64,000 nt of DNA from Octopus bimaculoides (lineage: Eukaryota): the NCBI RefSeq assembly GCF_001194135.2, contig NC_068987.1, positions 7,041,983 through 7,105,982 on the forward strand, given 5' to 3'. The notes beneath the pieces were generated by a model, which worked only from the letters and a program-made list of their open reading frames with translations, was not told the DNA's origin and searched no databases. The translations under genes were made by a program, and so were the position numbers. Of the stretch, positions 37,571-50,977 are shown one piece after another; the first letter of the stretch is position 1, and each line of letters starts with the position of its first letter.

Positions 37571-40190
37571 ATACAGTTTATATAAGGAAAAAAAAAAACC
37601 TGTCGATTAAGCGTCGCTAATTTTTTTGTCATTTTTTACCTCATACTTTCTTTCTACAAAGTTTTATTGCATAAAGTTAGCATTTTTAGATTCCTCTCGT
37701 TTTGATTTATCATTTTCAGTTTAAATAAAATATAAATTGCTTTTAAATTCAGAAAGGTTTTTGAAGTCAAGATCGATTGGAGGCGTTACTTACATCCTTT
37801 TCGGCACTTTTGGCTTCACAACTTCTTTATATTAAAGATTCTTTTGATAAAATTGACATTTTAAGATTTCTCTCGTTTCGTTCTATCATTTAAGCTTAAA
37901 TAAAATATAGTTTGCTTTTAAAAGGAGAAAGTTACTTTCTTTCGATTTTTCGCCTTACTCACCCCTTTTGGACAACACATATTTTAACGTAATTTTTTTC
38001 CCCCAGAACCAAATGTCCATATTTTTATGCCAAAATGTAGCATGGGAGATGATTATTAAAGAACTGTTAACAGTTTTGAATTTGGTTGAGTAATGAGTTA
38101 GTGACAAATCTTTGAAGAGGCTGCGAATTAGTAAATGTCGGCCTTTAGAATATTATACAACCGCTACCGTGCTTGAATGATATATATATAAATGTATTGT
38201 AGGAGTGAATCTGGCCTTTAAACCAACTTGTGAAACTAAAGGACGTATTTTGTTTTTCTCCACCTTTTCAGTGACGTTTTAACTACTACTACAATGGAGA
38301 AATCTCATGTAATGACAATTTTCCCACTTATTATATCACATGTATGAGACCTTATGGTATTTGTGTTTTACATAACGACACTTCAATGTAGTATTTCTTC
38401 CACCCACGTTGTTGATATTCCCAGTGTATCTATATATATCACTCATGGCATCGATAACTATATACAATAAACTTTGATATAGTCTGATAGGATCGAAAGA
38501 TATCTCTTGCTTTAGTTATTTCGCGTGAAAACCATATCCGCTCTGGTACTGTAATTTGTACATTTTCCAAAATCTCAATTAGTTAAAATTGTTAGTATTT
38601 TCTCCTATCCTTGTTGTTGTATATTTTAAACACGCGTAGACATTTTTTAAATTTTATTATTTGATTGTAAAACAACTTACAATATAATAAGTGTGAGATT
38701 CTAACAGATGTGCATTTAGTATGCAGAACGCTTCACTTGGATATTTTCCCTGCAGACATAAAAGTGTTTAGTAAATTAACCACGTATCATCTCGCTAGTT
38801 ACATAACTGCAGATAGAGACATATGATAATGATTACTGCTTGTGAAGCTCGAAATACAATCCAAAGTAGCAAACTAAATCGATAACTGGAATAGTCAGCA
38901 CATATGTACTGATTAGTTTTGTGACCAGAAGCATTACATTTTCTATCCTGCCAGCAATTACCAATGAGATGAAGGAAAGACGATCACATTTATATAGTAG
39001 GTTTATTCAGATATAGTAATATTCATATTGTATCATATATTCATTTTGAGTAGTGATGTAACATTTAGTTACATGGGAGTGTGTATGTGTGTTTGACTGT
39101 AACAGTATTCTCTCCCTTAATTTTGACAGTTTCAACGTAAACAATTGCCATTATATACTTGTCTGTACACACATACAAAGGCATATATNNNNNNNNNNNN
39201 NNNNNNNNNNNNNNNNNNNNNNNNNNNNNNNNNNNNNNNNNNNNNNNNNNNNNNNNNNNNNNNNNNNNNNNNNNNNNNNNNNNNNNNNNNNNNNNNNNNN
39301 NNNNNNNNNNNNNNNNNNNNNNNNNNNNNNNNNNNNNNNNNNNNNNNNNNNNNNNNNNNNNNNNNNNNNNNNNNNNNNNNNNNNNNNNNNNNNNNNNNNN
39401 NNNNNNNNNNNNNNNNNNNNNNNNNNNNNNNNNNNNNNNNNNNNNNNNNNNNNNNNNNNNNNNNNNNNNNNNNNNNNNNNNNNNNNNNNNNNNNNNNNNN
39501 NNNNNNNNNNNNNNNNNNNNNNNNNNNNNNNNNNNNNNNNNNNNNNNNNNNNNNNNNNNNNNNNNNNNNNNNNNNNNNNNNNNNNNNNNNNNNNNNNNNN
39601 NNNNNNNNNNNNNNNNNNNNNNNNNNNNNNNNNNNNNNNNNNNNNNNNNNNNNNNNNNNNNNNNNNNNNNNNNNNNNNNNNNNNNNNNNNNNNNNNNNNN
39701 NNNNNNNNNNNNNNNNNNNNNNNNNNNNNNNNNNNNNNNNNNNNNNNNNNNNNNNNNNNNNNNNNNNNNNNNNNNNNNNNNNNNNNNNNNNNNNNNNNNN
39801 NNNNNNNNNNNNNNNNNNNNNNNNNNNNNNNNNNNNNNNNNNNNNNNNNNNNNNNNNNNNNNNNNNNNNNNNNNNNNNNNNNNNNNNNNNNNNNNNNNNN
39901 NNNNNNNNNNNNNNNNNNNNNNNNNNNNNNNNNNNNNNNNNNNNNNNNNNNNNNNNNNNNNNNNNNNNNNNNNNNNNNNNNNNNNNNNNNNNNNNNNNNN
40001 NNNNNNNNNNNNNNNNNNNNNNNNNNNNNNNNNNNNNNNNNNNNNNNNNNNNNNNNNNNNNNNNNNNNNNNNNNNNNNNNNNNNNNNNNNNNNNNNNNNN
40101 NNNNNNNNNNNNNNNNNNNNNNNNNNNNNNNNNNNNNNNNNNNNNNNNNNNNNNNNNNNNNNNNNNNNNNNNNNNNNNNNNNNNNNNTAG

Positions 40191-40333
<143 letters not shown>

Positions 40334-40338
40334 GAGAG

Positions 40339-40393
<55 letters not shown>

Positions 40394-40459
40394 ATCTTAG
40401 CGTTATGTAATATGCTATAGACAATCAATAATAATTTATAATTTTTGTTGCAAGACCAG

Positions 40460-40630
40460 CAGTTTCGAAAGAAGTGGGAACTCAATTACATCGACTCTAC
40501 TACTCAACTGAAGCATTTTTCATTGACCCCGAATAATGAAAGATGACATTTGATCTCAGAACGTAAGGTTGGAAGAAATGCCGCGGAGAATTGTGTTCAG
40601 CATACTAACGATTCTGACAGCTTGTGGCCC
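40460..40630 (-). mobile_element. SINE family B, degenerate
   Basis: ATTACATCGAC...GACCCCGAA...CTCAGAACGTAAG...ACTAACGATTCTGACAGCT matches the family B reverse complement. Confidence 0.65.
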
Positions 40631-43137
40631 TATTTAGAAAATTAATAAAGATAAATATAAATACTTTTAAACAATACCACAAAACTACATATAGGACGTA
40701 TGGCTGTCTTAATGAAAAAGTCAAGGCTATCACGAAAAATATCAATGCTGCAGTAATATTTCAATTCGGGAGCATTTCCAGTATGTTCATCTATTATGGC
40801 GTTTAGGCATTTACCTCCTATTTCTACACTTCCTACTGACCTACTGACTAAGGTATAAAATGTACGAAAACTACGCCATCATCGAAGAGTAAGAAATATA
40901 ATTGCTTATGGACACACGCAAAATCATACGTTTCGGAGGTGGGGTGAAAGATTTGAACCTAATGATCCATTTGATGTCTCTTGTAGGGTATCAAATAAGG
41001 TTCTTTGGGTTTGACAGTATATTCGCTGACTGTGTGCAAGAGATACAGGCTACATGGCTAAACTATGACCAGTAGCGTGTCTTTGGTTATCACATCTCTG
41101 ACCTATCTTATTCTAATATATTTTGTGCAAAGTCTTTACATGTACAGTAGATTATAATATTATTATGGCTTTATATCACTTATAAAGAACTGTGTGTTTC
41201 TGTGAGATAAATATAGAAATGTTTATTGAGAGATATTTAAAGAAATATTTCTCTCATTTACTCTATCACTCTCTATACACATATGTGCGAGTATAGTTGT
41301 TTGTATGTATGTGTGTCTATCGGAAATTGAACATTATAGACATAGAGTAATAGGAATAAACACACACACACACACGTGCGTGCACACACTTATAGAGAGA
41401 TAGATGGGTGGACGAAGAGGGAGTGAGAGAGAGAGTAAGAGAGAGATCTTTTTGTGTGTATGTGTGCAGTAGGCTGGTATTCATCAATACACATGAAGGT
41501 GAACATAATGAATAATCTACTTATGATTGAGATTAATGAATATAGAAAATAAGTAATAATTCAATAAATAATCATCAGAAGAAATTTAATTATCGGTAAA
41601 ACTTGATTTAAGTTATTAAAACTGTTGTCAGTGTTAAATTCATAATGATCTCTGTTTCCGCAATAAAATTTTGTCGACGTCACTTACGGAAATTTTCCCG
41701 TTAGAGGTGAAGCCATATAATTTAATATATAATTTCGAAATATGTACGGGAGTAATAAAACGGAAAACTACCAAATTGAAAGAGCTATGAAATAATTAAT
41801 TTGAAACTAATGACACTTGATCCTTTACCCTTTCGGTATTTAACATTAACATAAATCAAATTTAGGTTAAATTGACAGACACAAACTAAATAATTTATTA
41901 ATACTAATGCACTATACGACCTTTTTGGGATCGCTTGAAATGTAATGTAGTTTGAGAATCATTAAATTTTAATTACACTGTAAAATATAAACAAAAGGGT
42001 TGCTCCAACGATTTTTATTCCTTTGTGGGCGGAAGTGAGTTTACTGTGAGTAAATATTTTTATTCGTGTTAGAGTTTTGTTGGAATAAAAAAGTAATTTC
42101 TGTCTCGGATAAAATATACCAATACCGACGATTTCATGTGGTGGTGTTATGGGTAATCGATTCTTTGTGAGAAAAATATGATAAAAGACAAATCAATTTA
42201 AAATTATCTTGATCTGAGCATTTGATGGACGGACGGACAGAGAGAAAAGCACAGCTCGTATTATAATATAGATTTCATACAAAACTGGACACAGCTAAAT
42301 ATATCTATAATTTGTGTATATGCGGTGTGGTTTTGAAAACATACATAACATATATTGCAGTAATATCAGATCAAATTAAATATGACTCGAAACGCATTGA
42401 GTTTGCAAAACGCTATTTATGTTTAACACTTTGTTATAGATTTTTTTTTGTCGCACTTCAGAAGCGGGGATTTTCTGTTAGACAATTTTCGCTTTGATCA
42501 TTTTCATTACTTTTTTTACCAACATCTTTTGTCTTGTATAAGATATAACAGTATCTCTCTCAATATTTTCTTCATGTTTCATTCAAACAGCATATAAACT
42601 TTGTCTTTGATAACATAGTTTCTTAGTGCAAATTGTTTTGCTATGAGCTACATTATTTTGGAAAGATCACTATTAGACTATTAATGTTCGTTTCTGATAT
42701 TTTTTCCAATCATTCATAATTCTCTCTCTATGTATATACATATTTACACATACATACATGCAAACATACATGCAAATATGTCTACATGTGTATGTCTCTC
42801 TTCTCGCTCTTTTATTTGTGTGTACATATATAATTGTGTGATATATAGCTATTTTTATGCTTTCACGTTTGTACATTTAACTGTGAAGGAATGCGCACTT
42901 ACACACACACACACACACACAAACACGTCCTTATAAACGCTGTGTCTCTTGTTCTTGTCTAGTACCTGATCAATCTTGATCAAGCAGTTCTATGATCAAA
43001 CACATTCTAATCATGACAAACGCGTCTCGTCTATTAGACACAGTTGGTGACAAACCACATTTCATAATAAAACCATTTTGAGACGGTAAGTATGTTTCTA
43101 GAGATATTTTAATTGCACATAAAATTGTTTCAATGCC

Positions 43138-43184
43138 ATGAATATAAGATGAATATAAGATGAATATAAGATGAATATAAGATG
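43138..43184. repeat. Tandem 11-mer ATGAATATAAG x4
   Basis: Four exact units plus ATG. Confidence 0.95.
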
Positions 43185-45639
43185 CTGATTTTGTTGTATA
43201 ACGGTGATACATAGAGGAATTCAATGGAAAAGAAAAACCAAGCAAGCTAGTTATATTAAATATCAAACAAACATCATTGGTTGTATTTTTAACTTGGTTA
43301 ACTTCTTTGACAAGATGCACAAATCTATTCTTAGAATGTTCTTAACTGGAATTATATAACTACATAGTATTCAACATTTCATTTGCTTTCTACTTTGTTT
43401 ATATGTGCATATCGGTAATATTGTATATGTGTATGTGTTTATATCTGCGGCGGCCATCGTTATGTCATGCTAAAGATGAAGAATCCATTTATAACTTCAG
43501 AGAGAAAGTACAACTAATTATTTATATTGACGTCTGAAGATATTGAATATAGCCGTAAATGGACAGGAAAAACTATCCTATTGATTTTTTTAAACACCGC
43601 CTTAAGTCCGTGACTTCTTAGGGCAAATATAAAGCTAGTGACACTTTAAATGATATTGAACAATGGCAGATAATGAAAGTTTCGATCACCAATACTCTGA
43701 AAGCAACTGCAGCTGAAACATTAATAACAAAGAAAGCTGGCTGCGTTCCTAACTCCACGTGACGTCATGACTATGACAAAAGACTTACAAAAGAATTGCA
43801 TAAATATTTAATATTCAAAGAACTTTTATTCTGATGTTGCTATATGGATGATTTGAGTGTAGTACTGGAAGAATCCGTAACATTATCTCTGAACTGAATG
43901 CAACAAGAACAGCAAGAATACTCATACCTAACACCCCCACCACCATCGTCATTATATCTAGTAACACCAAAAAACCAAATATAAAGCAATATAAAAATAA
44001 TCTTGTTCTTAATTACTTTTTATGGGCTCCAGTGTCCTCTTAGATATTAAAATACAAGGATGAAACCGTGTTGTTGTGAAATATAAATACAATAAAAGGG
44101 TACACAGATATGCAGATATAATTAGAGGTCACCACCTGGTAAGCATCAGGGTGTCATAAACGACGAACCACCTTCAGCAGTCTACAATTTCATACTCCCA
44201 CGCGTCAGTATTCTTCAGGTATAATTCAATTACCGCAGAAATATTTAAATCTTTCCTTTCATGAATATACTTGGTGTCATCTCCCTTCCAGACCTATTCG
44301 TCTGCTTCAATAATTCGTCGACTGTTTGACACACATGATTAAGTGTCAAACCATTCAAATGCGCCTACAATATATTCTCATTCATTAGAGCCACCAGATA
44401 GAAAATATTTCATAACTCGTCCTCGACAAAGGAAGGTGTAGAAGTCATCACAAAATTCGTATTGGACAATGAGTGCCTTCCTACTTCCAATAATAGCCGT
44501 TCGAAACAATCCCATGTCACAAATACTCGGAGACTGAACGAGTCCGTGATGCACAGTTACGTTTCTCTCAATAGATTTCGAACAAACCTGACTGACATCT
44601 TCGCACCTGTAAATCTCAGTTATCTTGACAAGGCATACAATAAATTGTATAATATATTGTTTGCCTTAGCGAATAGCAAATCAAATGTAAATAACAGATG
44701 GATCTATATTAAACAAGAAAACAAACCGACTTAAAATAAACCATCTCTGCAGGAAACTCTAACTTTATCTTAGTTTTTCCTTAACATGATTGTTACAGGT
44801 ATGTTTTGTCTGCATGCATAATTCACACTGAAAGGTAGAGGTAGCTACGCTGTCCAGAAAATAGACGCGATGGTCACTGATTCAAACGATTTTGATAGCA
44901 GATGTTCTGAATCATTGCATGAGAGTCCAGATAATAACTGTCATGACTGTATCCAGCACATAAATTTCAGAAAGAATCATGGGAGGTCTATGGAATGGAA
45001 CAGAAATAACTGTCCATAACATATCAATCTCGATGGAACAAGAGAAACGGCTTATGAAGCTATCAACCGACAAACAATCCTATAATATAATGGATGAATG
45101 CAACTGAGATTCCCATGTGATGTGAACATTTTTCCACACAAATAAGCTTAGATAACAATATGTTGAATAATCTAATTTACCAGCTATGGCTGTACTGTGA
45201 GAACTCTGGGCTGACCCTAATGAAGTAGATCTATACTCTCACAAATTCACTAAAAATTGCCAAAAGAAAATATACAAGATACGATCAATAAAAAAGGGAG
45301 ATATAATTTTCAGTTAAAATAGATTAGGAACAACAGTGTAATTTGAAAACATAAATGCGGATATAGTATAAGGAATGTATAATATTGAGCCAAAAACAGG
45401 TATTCATAAAATGAAAGAAAAAACATAAAAAACAGTTCCCGGCCAACACAGGAAAAATAAACCTTTTTAATTTTGTGAGTTCTGATTCTTCTACAAAGGG
45501 AAGCATCAGGAACCCTATAATATTAATCGGATTTGCAAGTTTTTATTAATCGGATTTACAAGACGAAATATCAACAGTTTTAAGGGAAAGGAATTTTCCG
45601 GTTACACCTGATTCGGGACTTAGCGGGTTCTCCGTTTCG

Positions 45640-45745
45640 ACGAAGTCGGAAGGATGAAAGGTAAAATTAAACTAAGCGTAATTTGAACTCAGAACTTAGA
45701 GAGCCGAAATAGATGTAAATATCGGAAGGTATTTTGTCCGATGCT
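45640..45745 (-). mobile_element. SINE family B fragment
   Basis: GGAAGGATGAAAGGTAAAAT...AATTTGAACTCAGAAC...ATTTTGTCCGATGCT. Confidence 0.6.
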
Positions 45746-45795
45746 CAATTGTTTAAAGTATTGTAGCGCCTGACAACCACACACACACACACACA

Positions 45796-45839
<44 letters not shown>

Positions 45840-45956
45840 AATTAGTGTTTTTTATGTTAAGGTATAAGAAAAAGAATTTTACATTAATTTGATGCGCTAC
45901 TCTTTACTTTTGTAGCGTACAAATTCATTGTTCTTATACGGCCAGCTAACCCATTA

Positions 45957-46008
<52 letters not shown>

Positions 46009-47269
46009 GGCAAGAATGTTTACATGAGACGTACAGAAAGGACACCAAAACAAGATGGTTTGAATCGGAAGATGTATAGATTACGAAACATTTAACTGTT
46101 GTCATTTGCTCCATGTCTGACATGATTATACGCGTCCCACTTCTGATCATCGACTATACCTACATTTACATTGCTAAATGCTGTTCCTTTCTACGACACC
46201 AGGCTGGTATTTGAAGGCAGTTTCGCTGCTAAGTCTTGCAGAACACGTGACTACGTTCAACCCCTTTGTTTCGACGTGCGTTGCATGATTCGTCGCAAGC
46301 AGCGGAGCTGGATCCGGTCAAGTACTAGCTTTGCCTCCTATATAGCGTCCACGTCCCACAGCCGTAGATATATATCAAACAAACACAAAAGATAGTCACG
46401 ATGAAAGGAAGCTGAGGATCTTATTAGAAAGTAAATGGGAAAGCTGGCAGGAACCAAGGAAATGAGTACATCACCATTAATCCTAGTCGTTTCCTCACCA
46501 AGAAAAGAAATAACAATAAATAAATAAATAAATATAAAGAGGTAGGTTTCCGATATGAAAAAGACAAAGAATCAAATGAATTATTAAGAAAATATAGCAT
46601 TAAGTAAAAGAAAAATACCTTGAATGTAAAATCAGGATTAACATAGATAAAATCCGTAATGACGCATCGGATAAAACCATGCGATAATAAAAAGTGTTTC
46701 TTCAAGTAAATTCATGTATTTAAAGTTACTTCTAAGAAGTTCAAGATGGACATTAATTAAAAAGTAATGAAATAACACTGGGAGTTAAACAACGAATAAA
46801 AGAAATACAGGCACGCGAAATAAAAATTAGCTTCACGTTTCGGTTGCTGTGAATTAAACATATACCACAAATGAGAAAAGCCATTTTGTTTTATTTGCTG
46901 TGATTGGAGATGCGATTTTTTTTTCTTTTGCTCTATGGAAGATTCCGTTGCAATAAGTTATATTTTCTTGTATAATAATTAAGATGTCTTCTCTATAAAT
47001 AAAGAATTTGAAGAAAAAATTTCAAACGAATTACTAAATATACATCATAATATATAACATATATTTTCGAAGTGCAAAGACTGTAACCGAAGAATCCATC
47101 GTTTCAAAATGACGATTGTCAAACAAATATGTTCTAGAAGAGAAATCTTCTAAAGTCGTTTTGAAGGACTAAAACCTTAACATCACCAAGATACTTATGC
47201 ATTTTGAAAAAGTTCAGTAGGGAAAACATATTTTATAGGTAGGCACAGAGTGTGTATGTGTACACTACA

Positions 47270-47387
<118 letters not shown>

Positions 47388-48071
47388 CTTTTCTTTGAAA
47401 GTGAAAGCTACATAATTCTGAATTTCTACAGATTTACGCGCCAGATCAGCATTACTTATTATATCCGATCGATAAAAATATTCTATGCTTCTTTTAAAGT
47501 AAAGCCTCATGGATAATATAATTGACGACAAAATACTTCGGAGATTAGAAAGATATATAAATATTATGCATTAGATACGTCGTTGTGGGATATACAACGC
47601 AGATAGGAAATCGATATGTTGAGCGTGCTGGAAATCTTGGATAATTAGGAAGAGATAGTAAAAGTGGAAGATTATATCAATACATCAGTATATATGTTAA
47701 GAAATATATGTTAAGTATATATGTTGAGAAATATAACAATTCCATTATATGTATGCAGTGAAAGAAATATATTTGCTGTTTCGGGAATATCAAAGCTATA
47801 TGTACGTCTTTGTCGGCTTCTCTCTCATTAATAACCATTTTCCTTGTTTTATCCGAAACCGTCTGGAAATGGATTTGGACACAGAATTCCTCCATTAAAC
47901 ACTTGGAATATTTAATAAATATTTAATATCTTCGTTGGGAAATACATTTTAGTTCTAAATATCCCTACAATTGGTACATTGATTTTGTATAAACTGAATT
48001 TCACTAGGAAACGCAGTTTGCTGTCGCTAACTCTGTTACCTTAGATTATAAATACATGCCACGCACATGAC

Positions 48072-48169
<98 letters not shown>

Positions 48170-48199
48170 ATGTCTATCTATCTCGTAACGTCAAAGACC

Positions 48200-48434
48200 A
48201 TTAGTCGTGTTAGTTGACTATAATGCTATCCTGGACGTACGCCAGGATAGCGTTGGCTCGGCAGCTAGGAGAAGACGCCCACGTCTCACCGATCTGCTTA
48301 AGCAATTTCAGCTTTCAGACCGTTACAGACTTGACCACCCTTGGTCTTGGTCTGATGACGACGGGTCACGAAGGTCTTATCTAGACAGGATTGTAATAAG
48401 GACTCTAGATAAGTCTAGTTTTAATTCTTTCTGA
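48200..48434 (+). mobile_element. Tx1/L1-clade LINE AP-endonuclease fragment, still an open frame
   Basis: [15 protein letters not shown]...LTDLLKQFQLSDRYRLDHPWSWSDDDGSRRSYLDRIVIR contains the GDFNA(ILD)-like, L.D.YR..HP, TW and YLDR motifs of APE domains. Confidence 0.88.
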
Positions 48435-48528
48435 CCCCTTACACAGATCACAAATTAGTGACGTGTAGGGTGATCATAGATAGAGTACATAGACAGGCGC
48501 GAGAGGCTGAGTGCTGTGAAAGATTCTC

Positions 48529-48561
<33 letters not shown>

Positions 48562-49718
48562 GAGCACGTATTTGAGTGAGCGTGTGTGTGCGTATGTATG
48601 TGTGTTCATGTGTTGCGCCTACGTGTTCTGCAGTCTATGCGTGCCCTACATATAACAACGAGGTTTTAAAATGTTCTCTAGGAAGCCAAAATTTATTCTT
48701 ATTTCAGTATAGTGATTGTGATAAATTTTCAATGTGGCAACAGGAGTTCGCAGAATCAAAAAAACATTATGGATTCCCATTTAATTAAGTTTCCTAGCCA
48801 AATCTTTTTTTAACCTTTTAGTTTGCAGACGTATTAAAACGAAACAAAGTTTTTCGTATAAGATCTAAACGAAATATTTAGTTCTTATATCCAACAGCAA
48901 TATTTATGAGTAAATGTATATTTTGTCTTCACACATTGATTTTCTTTCGCTTAAATGTTTATTTAGTCTTTCTATTATTTACGCATGCATTTATTTTCAT
49001 TCCTCAAAGTGCTCTGCTGATCAATACTACCTTTCCCCAAAAGAAGTAAAAAAATAACAAACCAACGAAACAATCATGTCAAACTATTGCAATTTTCAAA
49101 GCTGATGAAACAGTAATAAAATCGATGGTTTATGCCAACCTGTTTAACGCCCACGAAAAAACATGGTTTCTTAGATTTCCGGTTCTGAAATTTCGTCTTC
49201 TATGTTATATCAACATTACTAACACAAAGGATGGTATTTACACATCTGCCTACCTTTAATAATTTACCTACGTCTGTTATTCTTTCATTTTCCTATTTTC
49301 GGAAGATTATACGCCTCGGAAATTATACTACAAAGGCATCAATAACGGCTGTGATAGTTATAACAATTTCACGTAACTTTCAATGCATTTAACCCATATT
49401 TGCAAGCATATTACTGTTGATTATAATGTAAAATATTTGTTTCCACAAACAAGGAATGATAGCAAAACAATTTGGTCGTTAAAGACAGGAGAAACTCAAG
49501 TGTTATCTTACGTATAGCCTAGAAAACTTTCGACTCTAAAAGGTGTTAAAGTTATCGAGGGAAGGTGACGCTGGGGCAAATTTTTTTAGTGAATTTCATT
49601 TACACTTCTTGTCAATACAGAACCCATTTAATATAGTTGGCTTTTTGCATCTCTCTGGCTGTTACAAACCATTGTTTGTATTATACCTTGCTTAAATCAA
49701 TCAATATTATGATGACAA

Positions 49719-50037
49719 GCAAGGTGTGATTTCACTGAAGTGGATTGACGGGGCTTTCCTGGCCAGTATCTCTGCAGAGCTTATACGCTTATAACATGTT
49801 TGACATGAAAAGGGCCAGTAGGCCATCAGGTTGGTTGTACAGGCAGTAGAGATTTTCTCAAGATGGTTGTGGATCACGAGGTGTGATCCCCTGGAAAGAG
49901 CAATGTTAAGGGCGGTAGTGCTAGCTGGAGACCAGCTGAGACTTGATCAAGTCTGTCCTGGGCGTCTAGGTGAAGTGACTGATGCTGAAGGATCCAAAAT
50001 ATTGGATAACTGATAATGTTCCCAGGTGCATCACAGG
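49719..50037 (+). mobile_element. HERO/NeSL-like (RLE-type) non-LTR retrotransposon 3' end and 3' UTR
   Basis: ARCDFTEVD*RGFPGQYLCRAY and AVEIFSRWLWITRCDP match the RLE C-terminus pattern RC.PIEVGCRGF.GQSLCRAY...AE.ASRWLWI.R.DPW, followed by a UTR with CTTGATCAA...GGGCGTCTAGGTGA...CTGATG.TGAA.GA.CC. Confidence 0.8.
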
Positions 50038-50872
50038 ATATTACATGTCACATGCTCTTCTACTGAATATAATTTAAGCTCAATATTCTCAGTATAGATA
50101 TCAAACACATCATTTTTCTTAAATGTACAACGAAAGGCTTAGCTTTGTCTGGAGAGCAATCAATAGAGGATATAAAGCGATGCGAACAAGATTTCTTTCG
50201 AATAGTAAGTAAGTAATCAGTATTCCCCAATGAGACTTCAAAATAAATTTATGGTTATGCTACAGTTGTACGGTTATAAATCTCCATATTTTACTCTAAA
50301 GCATAAAACAGAACATTGTATTGAATTTCACACACTTTGAGAACAAATTATTTCACCATAGTTTTCTCACGAGTATTAACTGCTCAAGTGAATTTATTGT
50401 CTTGAAGCTGATTTCGAAACCGGCTTACAGACTCTTCTCGTCGAGCTGTTGAGGTAACATAAATCAATATTGATTCTGTAATATGTTATTTTCATAATGT
50501 TGTTACACATTCCTTTCAAATGAACAACTTGAGTACTATTTTCGGGAACAGAATATGCATAAAAAATAAGTGTGCTGAAGGGTGCAATGCGACATAAAGA
50601 AAAAATGAGGTAAAATTAAAATAAAATTATTGAGGTAGAAACGCAACAAACAGAATTATATAAACGGCATGATAGTACAGTTAGGAACAGTTGCATAGTA
50701 TCTGGATTATATTCCCTAGATGCATTCATGAAGAATAATGTCACCAGTTCTCCAAAATTAGTCACATGTATTACACTTTTATTCAAATATTTAAAATATT
50801 TAGAGGTGTCGAAGAAGTCAATATTTGAATTTAAAAATACGAAAGATATTCAATTACAAATATATTAGAACA

Positions 50873-50916
<44 letters not shown>

Positions 50917-50943
50917 GTGCGTGTTATATGTACTTTTATATAC

Positions 50944-50977
50944 GGCGCCGGAGTGGCTGTGTGGTAAGTAGCTTGCT
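50944..50977 (+). mobile_element. SINE family A head fragment, truncated at the Penelope-like remnant
   Basis: GGCGCCGGAGTGGCTGTGTGGTAAGTAGCTTGCT nearly identical to 36310-36343. Confidence 0.8.

Noticed and set aside
43138-43184. Short direct-repeat array as a possible CRISPR-like array
   Set aside because: Head-to-tail 11-mers without spacers in eukaryotic DNA; an ordinary minisatellite. No CRISPR, rRNA or operon-like structure was seen anywhere in the window.
48351-48380. CTGATGA hammerhead-like box in the LINE endonuclease fragment
   Set aside because: Followed by GAAG rather than GAAA, with no helix I or III; explained by the codons for S-D-D.
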